A DNA stretch of 63,974 nt, the filler included, from Guillardia theta CCMP2712 (Eukaryota; Protista; Cryptophyta), in NCBI RefSeq assembly GCF_000315625.1. It is 7 parts of 7 records of this genome, joined end to end, with 100 filler letters (N's around TTAATTAATTAA, not from the genome) between each part and the next. Parts side by side here need not be neighbours in the genome. Positions count along the whole stretch, not along the records: positions 5,686 to 14,404 come from NW_005434494.1; positions 14,505 to 19,654 come from NW_005434662.1; positions 19,755 to 49,695 come from NW_005434588.1; 4 more parts are not named here. One strand, 5' to 3'. Numbering within the stretch: the stretch's first letter is position 1; each line of letters begins with the position of its first letter. Below, one piece after another: positions 11,301 to 24,505 of the stretch. A program made the position numbers and the translations under genes. The notes under the pieces were generated by a model, which did no database searches, was not told the origin of the DNA, and was given only the letters and a program-made list of their open reading frames with translations.

Positions 11301-12787
11301 TACACTGGAGGAAAAATGATGACGTACCTTGGCACACTTTCCACAGAGTGGTACAGGGAGCGAAGAGGTACCGAGTGTTGATTCTGATGCAGCTTGGACT
11401 TACAACGAATCCTTTTGGTCTGCGGACGATGCACCACGATGCATTAAAGGATGAAGTTCGCTTCTCAAAAAGAATGAGAGCATCCGAGGGATCAGACTCG
11501 CCCTCATTGCGAATGGAGTGCAAGTCCGGCAAGTCTGAGCGAGCCAGGGTGAACAGCAGACAAGGTGAGGCTTCGACTCGTGCGTGGGACGGGTGTGACC
11601 TCCTTGCTTTGCATGAGGAGGAGAGCCACTCCGAAGCAAGATGAGTGCCTGAATCCGCAGATGCTCTTGACGAAGAATAGCTATCCCTGGTCATTCCCCC
11701 AGGCTATGATCAGCTTGCCCTGAAAGTGTATCACAACCTTCATAACAGCCGCTGCTTTGCACCTTGATGTGATCCAGCAGGTTCTCTGAGCAGCCTGTGC
11801 CACTGTACAACCCTTGACCGCATGGTTTCTGGTAGCCGCAAGTGACTAGATAGGGTGAGAAGGAAGCAGAACCAAAGCACAAGAGGGGACAGACGTAGGT
11901 TCATGAAGCTCCAATCTCTCAGGCGGACCAGCGATGGCCATGATTGATCCAGTTGAAATTTTTCGATGCTTGTTTTGTGTGATGAGAAATGTCTTGAGTA
12001 AACTGTGTTGCCTCAAAAATCTCTACCGTGCCGCTTCCTGCCCTTTGTAGCAATTCAGGAATTGCTTGTAGCAACTCCTAGCTCTTTTGTACCGATTCCT
12101 CATGGCTTTTCCTTGCCTGATTGTACGATGGTTGCTCCTATCTCTTCGCTCAGCCGCATTGCACACCTGCCGTTCCTCTGGCTTCTTCCGCACTCACCGA
12201 CTGAAATTCACCTACCTTTCACATAACTCATATCCGTGTCTTGAATTGCTCATATCTTCCATCCTGCCCTGACGCTGATCGAAAAGATCGCACCAACGGA
12301 CGGGCCAGCGGTGGTTCCAGCAGCCAGGTCTCCACCCCTTGATGCTGCCGATACACAAGAGGTAGCTTCATCAAGACTCTCCGGGTTGTAACTCTACATC
12401 TGTGATGGAATTCAGCATCAAGTTACAGGAACTCAGGAGAGAATTGAAATCTTGTAGGAGGATTCTTATCTCCCGAGTTCAACATTCTTTCTCAGTCTCC
12501 GCCGCCTCTCGGGAGAGTCTCAGTCCCAAGTCGGGTTCCCAAGATACTCAGTCACTGTCAGGATCAGTGAGCTCTTACTGCTTTCATCCACCTTGGCTCT
12601 TCTCTGCTACTCCCTGGTTCCTACTCAGTCAACTCCCTTCCGAAGCCAAGTTGATCGCTTGAGCCTCTTCCGTCCATTCACGGTCATCGTTGCCGATTCC
12701 CTCATGCTCTCCTCCTCCCTCGCCCCACCGCACATGGCATCGGGCAGATGAACAAACTGGTTTATTTCCCCTCTACTCATAATCCCT

Positions 12788-13748
12788 TCAGATCTTTGCA
12801 AACACTCTCTTGGCAGCTGCGATGGTCCTGTCAATGTCCTCGTCGGTGTGAGCAAGAGACATGAAGCCAGCCTGTGCGAACGTGAGAGGGAGAAATAGCA
12901 AGGAGGAGGAGGAGGAGGAGACGAGGAGGGAGGAGGAGGAGGGGNNNNNNNNNNNNNNNNNNNNNNNNNNNNNNNNNNNNNNNNNNNNNNNNNNNNNNNN
13001 NNNNNNNNNNNNNNNNNNNNNNNNNNNNNNNNNNNNNNNNNNNNAAATCCACTCCATACTGATTCCGTTGCTCTTTTCCGGTTCCAGAAGGAGGGGCGAA
13101 GGAGGGAGAAGCAGGCCAGGGGGGGGGGGGGGGGTTTAGGGTTTAGGTAGCAGGAGGAGCAGGAGGAAGAGGCAAGTTTGCAAAGGAAGAGCGGTAAGGG
13201 ACCTCAAACTGGGAAGGAGCAAGATACACGCCCTCCTCGAGCATGGCCCTGTGCCATCTAGCGAACTTGGCAGTGTCGGACTTCATGGCATCCTGAGAAA
13301 GCAGATGAGGCGCTGATAGGAGGAGGAGGATCAGGAGGAGGAGGAGGAGGAGGACCTTGAAGTTGTTGACAGGCCCCTTGCAGAAGAAGAATCCAAACAT
13401 GCCGCTGCATAAGAGTGAGAAACAAGAAAAAGAAAGATTGAGAACATAAAACTGCAAGAACAGCGGTAGAAGGATTGTGAAAACTGCCACTACCAGATCA
13501 TATCCACCATCACAAGATGTAACCATCATCACCATCTTGTAATGGTGGATACGATCATCTTGCTCAGCTGACAAACTTGGCCAACTTCCTCTTCCTCCTC
13601 CATCAACACCACTTACTCGTCCTCCTCCTCTTCCTCCTCACCTGATGCTTCCACCACAAACCTCATGACCAGCCGCCTTGCCAGCCTCAAGGATTCCGTT
13701 GATAAGCTTCTTGGTCAGGCGATCGAGTTTTTCGTACTGTCCGGGACG
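12788..13748 (-). CDS. hemL: Glutamate-1-semialdehyde 2,1-aminomutase, last four exons (5' part off-scaffold)
   Basis: Spliced peptide [109 protein letters not shown] with GT-AG introns. Confidence 0.95.
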
Positions 13749-14336
13749 CTGAGAAAGATGTCAGAAGGAGAGGAGATGAGAGGAGATGAGAGGAGATGAG
13801 AGGAGAGGAGAGGAGAGGAGAGGAGAGGAGGGAAGAGGAGGAGAGGGGAGGAGAGGGAAGAGGGAAGGGGAGGTAGATGAGAGGAGGGAGAGAGCCAACA
13901 GAACATGTAAGAAAGGAGGAAATGAGCAACAGGCAATGTTGGATGAAAGCAAACTACCACGAATGAAAAATACTAGAGATGTGTTGCTAAAGGGTTGAAT
14001 TTCGTCATGGTATACAACGATCATTATCATCTTATCAAATGTCGTCACCAACCAGGACAAGATTTCACCATCAGATATCCCTTGTTCCTTCATACGTCAA
14101 GGACAAGGCGGAATGAGATGGTGGAAAGTGGAGCAGGATGGAGAGGATACCAGGATGATGGTAGAACAGATACAGCAAGAGAGGACAAGAAATGTGTAGA
14201 TGAGAACAAGAGAGAGAGAATTGAGATTGTCGTAGTGGGCTGAAGTTTCAGGTGAAAGGGAAGGAGGAAGATATTGTGAAGTTGAAGGGAAACCAAGGTG
14301 GAGGACGCAGAATAGGTAAAGGAGGACGACCAAAAA

Positions 14337-14404
14337 GAGGAGGAGGAGGAGGAGGAGGAGGAGGAGGAGGAGGAGGAGGAGGAGGAGGAGGAGGAGGAGG
14401 AGGA
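14337..14404. repeat. (GGA)n microsatellite at scaffold end
   Basis: Direct reading. Confidence 0.95.
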
Positions 14405-14669
14405 NNNNNNNNNNNNNNNNNNNNNNNNNNNNNNNNNNNNNNNNNNNNTTAATTAATTAANNNNNNNNNNNNNNNNNNNNNNNNNNNNNNNNNNNNNNNN
14501 NNNNTCCTCTACCTCCTCCTCTCCTCCCCTTCATCTCTCCTCTCCTCTCCTCTCCTCTCCTCTCCCCTCCCTCCCTCCCCTCCCCTCCTCGCCTCTCCTC
14601 TCCTCTTCTCTCCCTCCTCTCCTCTCCTCTCCCTCCTCTCTCCTCTGCTGCTTGACCTCCCTCCGAGTA

Positions 14670-16066
14670 CCAGGAATGTTTCCGAGGCCAAGACGGTAGA
14701 GGACGAACGGGAGGAAGGAAGTAAAGTCGATGATCTAGAGGGAATTTCAATGAGCAGACAGGAGGAGACAAGGGAGAATGGAGAGGAAGGGAAGAAGCAA
14801 GATAAGCGAGGAGAAGAGAGAAGATCATGGAAGAGGGGAGGGGAGGGGAGGAGAGGGGAGGAGAGGAGAGGAGAGGAGAGGAGTGGAGAGGAGTGGAGAG
14901 GAGTGGAGTGGAGTGGAGTGGAGTGGAGAGGAGAGGAGAGGAGAGGAGAGGAGAGAGGAGAGGAGAATGAAAGCGGGTGTGAAGAATGCGGGAAGGAGAG
15001 GAGAAAGCAGCAGGGCAGCAGGTGACCATCTCCCAGCCCAGAAGATATTTCGGATCCAACTTGTTTGCGTACCTGCAGAGGTAAGTAACAGGTGAAAGAG
15101 AGGAGGAGGAGGAGGAGGAGGAGGAGGAGGAGGAGGAGGAATTGCAGAGCAGCAGCAGCAGCAGCAGCAGAGCAGCAGAAAGATTGTAGCGCTTACCATC
15201 TGCAACAATACTCCAAGATAAAAAAATAATTCAGCGCATTCTCAGTCTGATGACATACATGGATAAGAGGCCCCCCTATCCTCCTCCCCCTCCACACTGA
15301 CAACACGGACAACAACAGGATCGATCATCAACTCCATCATCATCATCTACATCATCATCTTTACCATCATCGTCTCCAACACCACCATCAACATCATCAA
15401 CATCTCCATCTCCATCTCCATCTCCATCTCCATCTCCATCTCCATCAGCTCACCTCATTCAGCAGCGTCATGATCTTGGGGTCTTCGTGTAGCGTTAGCC
15501 CTGCAATCACCACACATCCCAGCAGAACTGCCCCTTTCTCATTTGACTTGCAACAATTGCAATGGGATCATGTAGAGAACCTGTGAACGCGATGAAGATC
15601 TCTGTGACTGTGTTCATCAAGACCTAATCGGGAGCGTCAGCTGACGATGAGCAAGCAAACCTTCGCACATTCTTCATCTCGTTCGCAAATGGTAACGAGG
15701 CCTCCTTTCCCACATATCCACCTTCAGCCTCCGTTAGCTCCAGCGTCCACTGTTTCATCAACCTTTCTTGTATCCCAGCACCGCTGAAGAACGTGATGGA
15801 GGACATGGGCACGGCCTTGTTGGCTCTCTCTTCAACCATGTCAGATGTCACGGAAGTGACGGCGAGCGATGTCAAGTTACCTCGACCCTGAAACCAACCT
15901 GCGGCCTCTTGAGAGTGAAGGAAGAGGGCGGGGCAGTGAGGAAGCCGTTTGAACCGGAGACAAGAAGAGAGAAGAGGAGGACATGAAGGAAGGTAAGAGG
16001 ATGGAGTAGATCCAGGCCTCCTCCTCCTCCTCCTCCTTCCTCCTCCAATCCCTGACCCATGGCCAT
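14670..16066 (-). CDS. Voltage-gated K+ channel-like (Ion_trans S1-S3), 5' part, probable plastid bipartite leader
   Basis: Spliced EIFIAFTVLLGCVVIAGLTL..TENALNYFFILEYCCRWYANKLDPKYLLGWEMIIDFTSFLPFVLYRL; leader LHVLLFSLLVSGSNG-FLTAPPSS; pore region not in scaffold. Confidence 0.72.
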
Positions 16067-16296
16067 AGTGGAATCTCCCCGACAAGGAACTTTTCAATGC
16101 GTAGCCCGCCTCAGATCAAGTCGAGTTCGCTCGGAAAGTTTACCGTACCGCCCGTACTTAAGTTGCCACCGAGTTTCAAGTTTTCGGAAGTTCCAAAGTC
16201 ATGGTTCGGAAGTTCCGACGTTCTCCGCCGGTTCCCTTCTCCGGCAGTCAGCCCGGCCGTGATTGTCCTCGTACTGATCTTTAATGATTGAATTTA

Positions 16297-16377
16297 ACTT
16301 TGAGTAAAGCACCGGGTGACTCGGCCCGGCCCTCCGCCGCAGTCTCACTGTCCCTGAGTCGTAGCTTTACTCAAAGT
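16297..16377. repeat. 81-bp segment bounded by a perfect 14-bp inverted repeat ACTTTGAGTAAAGC
   Basis: 16297-16310 is the reverse complement of 16364-16377. Confidence 0.7.
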
Positions 16378-17489
16378 CTCCTACTAGTCGCGGATGCCCG
16401 AGCCCGGGCCCACTGCGCGCCGGCGGCTGGGCCCGCCGGCTGAGCTCCGCCGGTGCCAGGCCCGGGGAGTACAGGCTTTTAAAAAAAGTGACATACTGTA
16501 GTCAAAAGTCCGAGGCTGTGCTTAAGTCGAACAGATTGGGTATATTTTGAAATTTAGAGGCGATCGCTTTGAAACCTGTAGTGTCCTTTTTGAAGGTCAA
16601 TTCACTAGCTACGGCCCCTACAGTCAGACCCACCCCTACCCTAATAATCATTCATAGTCTCTTANNNNNNNNNNNNNNNNNNNNNNNNNNNNNNNNNNNN
16701 NNNNNNNNNNNNNNNNNNNNNNNNNNNNNNNNNNNNNNNNNNNNNNNNNNNNNNNNNNNNNNNNNNNNNNNNNNNNNNNNNNNNNNNNNNNNNNNNNNNN
16801 NNNNNNNNNNNNNNNNNNNNNNNNNNNNNNNNNNNNNNNNNNNNNNNNNNNNNNNNNNNNNNNNNNNNNNNNNNNNNNNNNNNNNNNNNNNNNNNNNNNN
16901 NNNNNNNNNNNNNNNNNNNNNNNNNNNNNNNNNNNNNNNNNNNNNNNNNNNNNNNNNNNNNNNNNNNNNNNNNNNNNNNNNNNNNNNNNNNNNNNNNNNN
17001 NNNNNNNNNNNNNNNNNNNNNNNNNNNNNNNNNNNNNNNNNNNNNNNNNNNNNNNNNNNNNNNNNNNNNNNNNNNNNNNNNNNNNNNNNNNNNNNNNNNN
17101 NNNNNNNNNNNNNNNNNNNNNNNNNNNNNNNNNNNNNNNNNNNNNNNNNNNNNNNNNNNNNNNNNNNNNNNNNNNNNNNNNNNNNNNNNNNNNNNNNNNN
17201 NNNNNNNNNNNNNNNNNNNNNNNNNNNNNNNNNNNNNNNNNNNNNNNNNNNNNNNNNNNNNNNNNNNNNNNNNNNNNNNNNNNNNNNNNNNNNNNNNNNN
17301 NNNNNNNNNNNNNNNNNNNNNNTCATGATACACTTCATGGGAGGGGAGTTCCGAACTATCACGAGATGGCCTGAGTACAGGGTGGAGGCCATCATGGCTC
17401 CGACCCTACCCCTCTACATGTGAAGCTCGTACTCCATGACCTCCAAGACAAGAAAATAGTTTCAAGAGAGGGAAGATTATATCACATAC

Positions 17490-19517
17490 AGTTCGCTTAG
17501 ATACTTTAACGTTCAACCCGTACGTCAGTTGTCACCGAGTGCCAAAGATTTATGTGGAGGTAAGTCCAGGATAAAGGAGGCAGAATTCGTCCGGAGATGG
17601 AGACAGAGAGGAGCAAGAGCAGGCGCAAGAGCACGGAGGAGAGAGGGGAGGAGCAAAGCGGGAGCGGGAGCGGGAGCAGGAGCAAGAGGACAACTGATGA
17701 ATGATCAGCTCGGGCTTCCCTCCAAGTTGGCGATTCCACATGAAAAAATCAGAAGATTCATCTGTGCTGTTCGCGCGTGAGTGACATACGATGAAGATCA
17801 AGACGATGGAGGAGGAGAAGTTGATGGTGCCTTTGATGATGTTGTTGTTGTTTGTTGTTGTTGTGGTGATGGTGGTGGTGATGGTGGTTGTGATGATGAC
17901 AAATGCAAGTCAATGGTGGTGGTGGTGGTGGTGATACATTGGTTCAGGCACATGTACGACAATCCTTACCATAACTTCCATCATGCCTTCGATGTCACTC
18001 AGGTAGAGCGGCGGGCAAGAGTTCTGACTCGGACATTCCTGATGAAAGCTCCTTGCAGACTTTCTACGCTCTGCTTCACATCACCAACGTGATCGAGGAG
18101 ATTTCAGAGCTGCTGCAGGTAACGACAACAAACTTGTGGAGGAGGAGAGCTGTTGCTCAGGTCGTCGCAGTTTGCCTGTCTGTTCTCTGCTCTCTGCCAT
18201 GATCTCGAGCACCTCGGCGTGAACAACAACTTCCTCTCAAAGGTGCGGGCCCATCTCCTTTTCCCTTCTTCCTCTTTCTTTCTTTCTCCCTCTCCTCCTC
18301 TTCCCTCTCCTTCTTCTTCAGCTCCTCTACCTGCTCCTCCTCCACTCTGCCCCTACCTTCCCGCTTCTCCTGCATTCCTCTCCCCTTCTCTCTTCCTCCC
18401 ACTCTTCTTCTGCNNNNNNNNNNNNNNNNNNNNNNNNNNNNNNNNNNNNNNNNNNNNNNNNNNNNNNNNNNNNNNNNNNNNNNNNNNNNNNNNNNNNNNN
18501 NNNNNNNNNNNNNGTCAGATGCCTGTCACCCCTTCCACTTCCTGCCCTCTTTACCTCTTCTCCTACTCCCCCGCCGCTCCCTCCCACTCCTCCTCTTCCC
18601 TCGTTTTGTTGTCTCTCCTTCTTCCTCTTCATTCTGCTCCTTCACTGCATCTCCTCTCCTCTCCTCTCCTCTCCTCTCCTCTCCTCTCCTCTCCTCTCCT
18701 CTCCTCTCCTGATTCTTCCCAGGGGCTTGTGGATTGCTGAAAGGAGTGACGTTCAACTTTTCACTTCCCTCACCCCCAGCGATCAGGTGACGAACAGCAA
18801 TCACTCCCCTTCCTCCTCCTCCTCTCTTCCTGCTCACCAACAATTCTTCTCCTCGTTTCCCTCCTTTCTCCCTGTATCTTTTGGGTGTAATTGTTTGAAA
18901 TGGTTCACGGTACGACAGGAGTACATCAAAGATGTCATAACATCTCTCATCATGTCGACTGGTGATCAACTTGTCTGCTCCTCTTCTTCTCTCCTCCTTC
19001 TCTTCTTTCCCATGAATTTCTTGTTCATCGCAGACATGGCGCGTCATGCCGAGTATCTTACGATGATGAGAAGCCGATCAACAATGGTGAGAAGCCTATC
19101 AATAAACACAACTCCTCCTGCTCCTCCCGCTCCCGCTCCCGCTCCCGCTCCTGCTCCTGCTCCTGCTCCTCCTTCCCCCACTTCTCCTCCCGTCCCAAGT
19201 ATTGCCTCCTCCTCATCTCTTCTCCTCCTCCTTCGCTCTACTCCTCATTGTCCAGCAGGACGAGGGTCAGGGGCTCACGACCATCACCAAGCTTGAGCTG
19301 CTCATCAAGTGTGCGGATACGTCGAATGTGAGTTGAAGAAACACAATCGAGGAGTAGGAGGTGCAGGAGAAGGAGGAGGAGGAAGAGGAAGAGGAAGAAG
19401 AGAGGAGGAGAAGAGAGGAGGAGAAGAGAGGAGGACTCACGTTTCTTGTAGGTCATCAAGCCATTCATCATCGGCAAGAAATGGCTCATGCGAGTCTCAG
19501 ATGAATTCTTCCTACAG
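17490..19517 (+). CDS. 3',5'-cyclic nucleotide phosphodiesterase, class I catalytic domain (partial, multi-exon)
   Basis: NPYHNFHHAFDVTQ, ALCHDLEHLGVNNNFL, IMST/DMARH, LLIKCADTSN/VIKPF..KKWLMRVSDEFFLQ. Confidence 0.93.
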
Positions 19518-19774
19518 GCAATCTTAACTCCCCCCCTCTCCTTTCCTCTCCTCTCCTCTCCTCTCCTCTCCTCTCCTCTCCTCTCCTCTCCTCTCCTCTC
19601 CTCTCCTGTCCGCTCCGCTCCTCTCCTCTCCCCCCCTCTCCTCTCCTCTCCGCTNNNNNNNNNNNNNNNNNNNNNNNNNNNNNNNNNNNNNNNNNNNNTT
19701 AATTAATTAANNNNNNNNNNNNNNNNNNNNNNNNNNNNNNNNNNNNNNNNNNNNGAGGAGGGAGGAGGAACGTA

Positions 19775-21766
19775 CATAGAGAAGTCGGAGGAGAGAAGCA
19801 GCTTTGTTGAGTTGCTCGTCTCCTATTCATCATCGATGCATTAGAATTTTCAGGGAAAAGATGTCAGGAGACGGGTAGGGAGAGGAGAGGAGAGGAGAGG
19901 AGAGGAGAGGAGAGGAGAGGAGAGGAGAGGAGAGGAGAGGAGAGGAGAGGAGAGGAGAGGAGAGAGGAGAGGAGAGGAGAGGAGAGGATAGAGGAGAGGA
20001 GAGGAGAGAGGAGAGGAGAGGATAGGAGAGGAGAGGAGCGGAGAGGGGAGAGGAGAGTAGAGGAGAGGAGAGGAGAGGAGAGGAAAGGAGGGTTATCGCG
20101 TGACACAATACCTGTGGTATACCTCGATTTCAAGGCAATAATCTCTTGTCTTCTTCTTCGTCGTCCCCCTCTTCTCCAACAGCATCCCATCACAACCATC
20201 ACAACCATCACAACCATCACAACCATCATCAACCCCCCAACACAACTCTCACCTGCTCCAGCGCAAACTTGCTCAGCTTGCTCTCCAGCACCGAGGCGCA
20301 GGCCTGCAGCTGCAACCAGACTTCATCACTTGCTCCCTCCTCTCCTACACTTGATCCCTCCTCTCCCTCCCTCCTCCCCATCTCCTCCCTCCCTCCTTCA
20401 CCATGGAATCGCTTGATTCATCCTTGGGGATTCCCAGGACCCCCGCTAGCTCCTCTAGAGCTGACCTGCACAGCATTTCCTGTCACATCCAAGTGCCTGA
20501 CCCAACACGCGTCCTCACCGAAACTCCCTGGACTCGACGTCGAGCTCGATGCTGTCGCTCGCCGACAGGCTCCCTGCTCAGAGCAGCTAAGACAGGATGC
20601 GCTGCAGGCTAAGGGGGAGGAGGAAACCTGCCCTGGTATCGACCGACTTGCCCTGCAGCTTGCAAGGTCACAGCAGGATCGCAGAGCTCGAGAGGTGATG
20701 TCACTACCTTGCTCTTGCTCTCCTTGATCTTTTGTAGCTCGCTAGCCCGATCTGCAAGCCAAACATCATCCATTCAGATTGTACATCACATCTCTACTTC
20801 TACACCATCATCTTTCTTTTTATACAATCTCCTCTCCCTCTACACCTTCTTTCTTTATACACAATCCTCTCTTTGAACACCTTCATCTTTCTTTTACACA
20901 ATCTCTTCTCTTTCTACACCTTCTCTTCTCCTTATGCACACCTTCCGTTCTCACTCACAATCTTCTCTTCTCACACACGTCTACATACCCGAGTATTCCA
21001 TCCCGATCGCGTAAGACAGCAACCAATCCAGCACCACATGCCTCTCCCTCTTATCCTTTGGTGCTTCCCAATCCGACGCTCCCAGATCTTGCAAGTAACT
21101 CTTCATGGCCTTGTCCCTTCGTATCGCATATCAGCACAGACTCGTACTCTTCCCTCCTCTCCCTCCCTCCCTCCTCTCCCCTCTCTCCTTTCCCTCCCTT
21201 CCCCTCCCCTCCCCTCCCCTCCTCTCCTCTCCTCTCCTCTCCTCTCCTCTCCTCTCCTCTCCTCTCCCCACTCCCTCACCAGCCAGCCGAGTTGATGTCG
21301 TTCAGTGCCGCTCTTTCCTCCTGCGTGTAGAAACGAATCTTGCGGTTCTCTAGCCAGGTGACCAGAAACCTAAAGGATTGCTCTGACTCCAGGTCCAACC
21401 CACTGGCCTGCATGAGGAGCTTGTCACAGCAAGCAGCACAGCCCATGGTGCTGGGACATTCACAAGGGAAAGAACAGCATGTCGTTGGACAGAGAGCGAG
21501 GACACTGAAAGTTTTGCACAAGGAGATGATGCACGCATAGACCCGGGCATGCTCATTGCTTCGCTTTGACTTCTCTTGGTTGAACACGCCTCCCCTGCTC
21601 TCCTCCGCTCATTTCTTCTCTCCTGCTCTCCTCTACTTTGCTGCTTCCCCAATCTTTCCCTCTCCTCTCCTCTCATCTCCTCTCATATCCTCTCCTCTCC
21701 TCTCCTCTCCTCTCTCCTCACCTCGCTGCATTCCAGCGCCTTGAGCTTCCTTGCTATCGCTGCCAT
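19775..21766 (-). CDS. RTRAF: RTRAF/C14orf166 (CLE/CGI-99) tRNA-ligase complex subunit homolog, 3'-truncated by scaffold end
   Basis: MAAIARKLKALECSE/ASGLDLESEQSFRFLVTWLENRKIRFYTQEERAALNDINSAGW and GDEQLNKAASLLRLLY parallel the family's N-terminus and RLL motif. Confidence 0.85.
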
Positions 21767-22169
21767 CGTCCGTCCCGTTGATCCTGAACAACCCACTAAC
21801 CCCACCCATCCGTGTGAGATACTACCCCTCAATATTCCAATTACAACCCCTCTTTATTAGACTTCATGGACTACCCCACCCCACCGCACAATCCCGAAAA
21901 TCCGGGCAAAAGGAATCGAGCGAAGGGGGAGGACGGGAGGGAGAGGAGGGGAGAGGGAGGAGGAGGGAAACCGAGAGGAAGGTAGAGAGCATGACGAGAG
22001 AAAGGTGAACTTGCTTCATTGAAACAGCAAGAAACATTCGCCCGCCTCTCTCTAGAGAGTTTCCTTAGGTTGGGCTTGATCTCAGTGCAAGGAGGAGGAT
22101 ATCCGTCCAGGCAGGGACCTGGAGAGGAGGAGGAGGAAGTCAGGAGGGGAGGAGAGAACAAGATGATGG

Positions 22170-23730
22170 TGTACCATCTCAGCGAAAGTGTAGCCGATGT
22201 AGATGATCCTTCCAGCTTCGCAAGGAAGCATGAAGACTACTGAGACCTCTGAGGCCTCGTAGTAAGAGACAGCCTGCAGTTCCCGGTCACCTCAAGCCGC
22301 TCTGGCAGGCAGGAGCCGCAGTCCTCCTCTCCTCACCTCCTTGGGCAACGATGCTGTCGTCACTCCCACATTGTACGTCTCCACAGCAGGCAGAGTGACC
22401 GCGCCGTACTGGAACGCGGAGCCCATGGCTGAATCCTGCATCTCATATGGCCCCTCAACCCACTTGGGTTCCAGCTCGTATCCGTAGCTGAGAGCAACCG
22501 ATCAGTGAGGAGGTGCGAGGACGCGCAGGAGAGGAGGAGAGAAGCGAGGAGGAACAACGGAGGGGCGGGGCAGAGGATAGGAGCGAAGGAGGATGGAGGG
22601 GTGAAGGGGGGGAGGAGGGCACTGATGAGAGTCCAGCATGAGAGGAGGAGGATCACTGCCCACTTACCCGTCAGTCCCAGCGAGGTTCTGATTGATAAAC
22701 AAGACGCCCGTCGGGCCACCCACAACGATGATAGTGTTTCCTCCGACAAGAACCTATCAAGTCCACGTCACGAGACAGAGAGTGCGTGGCATCGGGACAT
22801 ACGTAGTCGTTCAACATGGCCATGGCCCTGGTCGACATGGAAGGAAACTGGTGGAAGGGAGGGATGACCAGGACCTGTCACGACGTCAAGTCAGCAAGAG
22901 CCTTCGTGGGTGGCAAACGAGTAGTTCTGACCGAGTTGGTATTGCGGGAGAGGAAGCGGAGCTGTACGGAGTTCATGTCTGACATGAAGGAGTTTGTGTT
23001 CCACTTGTGATCATGCCATGATCTGTCATCCAAGGTGAGTAAGGTGGAGACAAGAGCCCGCCAGCAAGCAGACACGATCTCACGTTCTCAAGCCAAGGAT
23101 TCTGCGGACATTGTTTGCCGGGCCAGTGTGATCTACACAGTCAGGGTCCGACCACATGGTGACGTGCTTGACGTATGGTGGGCCAGCATCGGGGGACCAC
23201 TGTCCATGGGCCATCGACCTGATTGGGAGGAGATCCATCAGAACTTGAAGGAGGGATTTTCCCCAGGGATTCAAGCAGACTCGCAGGAGAGACGAGGAAA
23301 GCAGCATCGAAAACGTAGAGCAGATGATCCGGTGTAACAGCAACACCGGTTGTGTCCTCTTGTAGAAGGCATACCTGTCGTAGTATCGCAAGGCTCCACC
23401 GTGGGTCCAGGAAGGGAAGAAGGAGGAATCCTTGGGCGAGGAAGACAGTCCCAACAATCCGACTACGTTCCAATCAAACCCGTTCTCAATCTGCCATGAG
23501 TGAGCTCCGATCACAAGCCTCTAGATGGCAAACCTGGTTCAACATGACCCCGCACATGACCGCAGCCATCAGGAGCACTGATCCAACCGCTAGTCTTACA
23601 TTACTCCGCATGCTCGGCCTGAGAACAACGCAATGAGCGACACCGACAGCGCATGGTCTGCATGTTACCTCGCTGGAGCATCCATTCCCTGCTCGGCGGA
23701 GGCATCAGCAGTGGCCATAGAGCCGTACGT
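22170..23730 (-). CDS. Hypothetical multi-exon type II membrane protein
   Basis: Short GT-AG introns; N-terminal TM segment LAVGSVLLMAAVMCGVML then IENGFDWNVVGLLG..; no family recognised. Confidence 0.4.
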
Positions 23731-24505
23731 CATCGTTTCCAGTCGGCTTGGCCTCTACCGCGATGACAGCGCCGTCCTTCCTGAGTAACGACATCAGATG
23801 CCTGCAGATGGGAAAATCGTTGTGTATCATATCCGCATGACGATGGTTATTGGATCAGGATGCTTTGCTCAATCCCTCTGCCTTTCTCTCGGACTGATCG
23901 TCAACAAGGACCTTGCACGAAACTCTGGAATATTCTGCGAGCAGGCCGATGCCGTCGCAACACTCTCATCCACCTCCCTCTCACAGACTTCAACACTTGC
24001 TGTGACATCATCATCAAGCAACCCAACCTCTTCCCTCTATATTCCACATCAGCATCAAGCAAGTCAACCTCTTCCCTCTATCTTCCACATCATGCTCTGC
24101 AATACTTCTCAATGCTCACCCAACTCAGATGTCCTCGGGGTCATTGCAGAATCCACCCTCTCCTCTGATGACAGTCACGCTACCCCTTGTCCTGTGCGCA
24201 TGCTTGCTCTCCTCCTCCCTCTCGCTCCCTGCAGCATGTTCTCTTCCTTCTCTCTTCTTCCTCCTCCCTCTCTCTCGCTCCTCGTCATCTCGCCATGCTC
24301 CCTCTCCCCTCATCTAACGAACACACGGCATTGCCCACTCAGCCGCGACCCTTCGACAAGATCGTTACAAACAGTTAGAACTATGGTTTGTAACGGAAAT
24401 ATTGTAACGGTAATAATGGCTCCGAGGCGACTTTTGAGACAGCAATTTTCCAATGTTACAAATTCCAAGGAAAACATCGCTGTCCTAGCAAGGCCCGGAC
24501 CCAGC

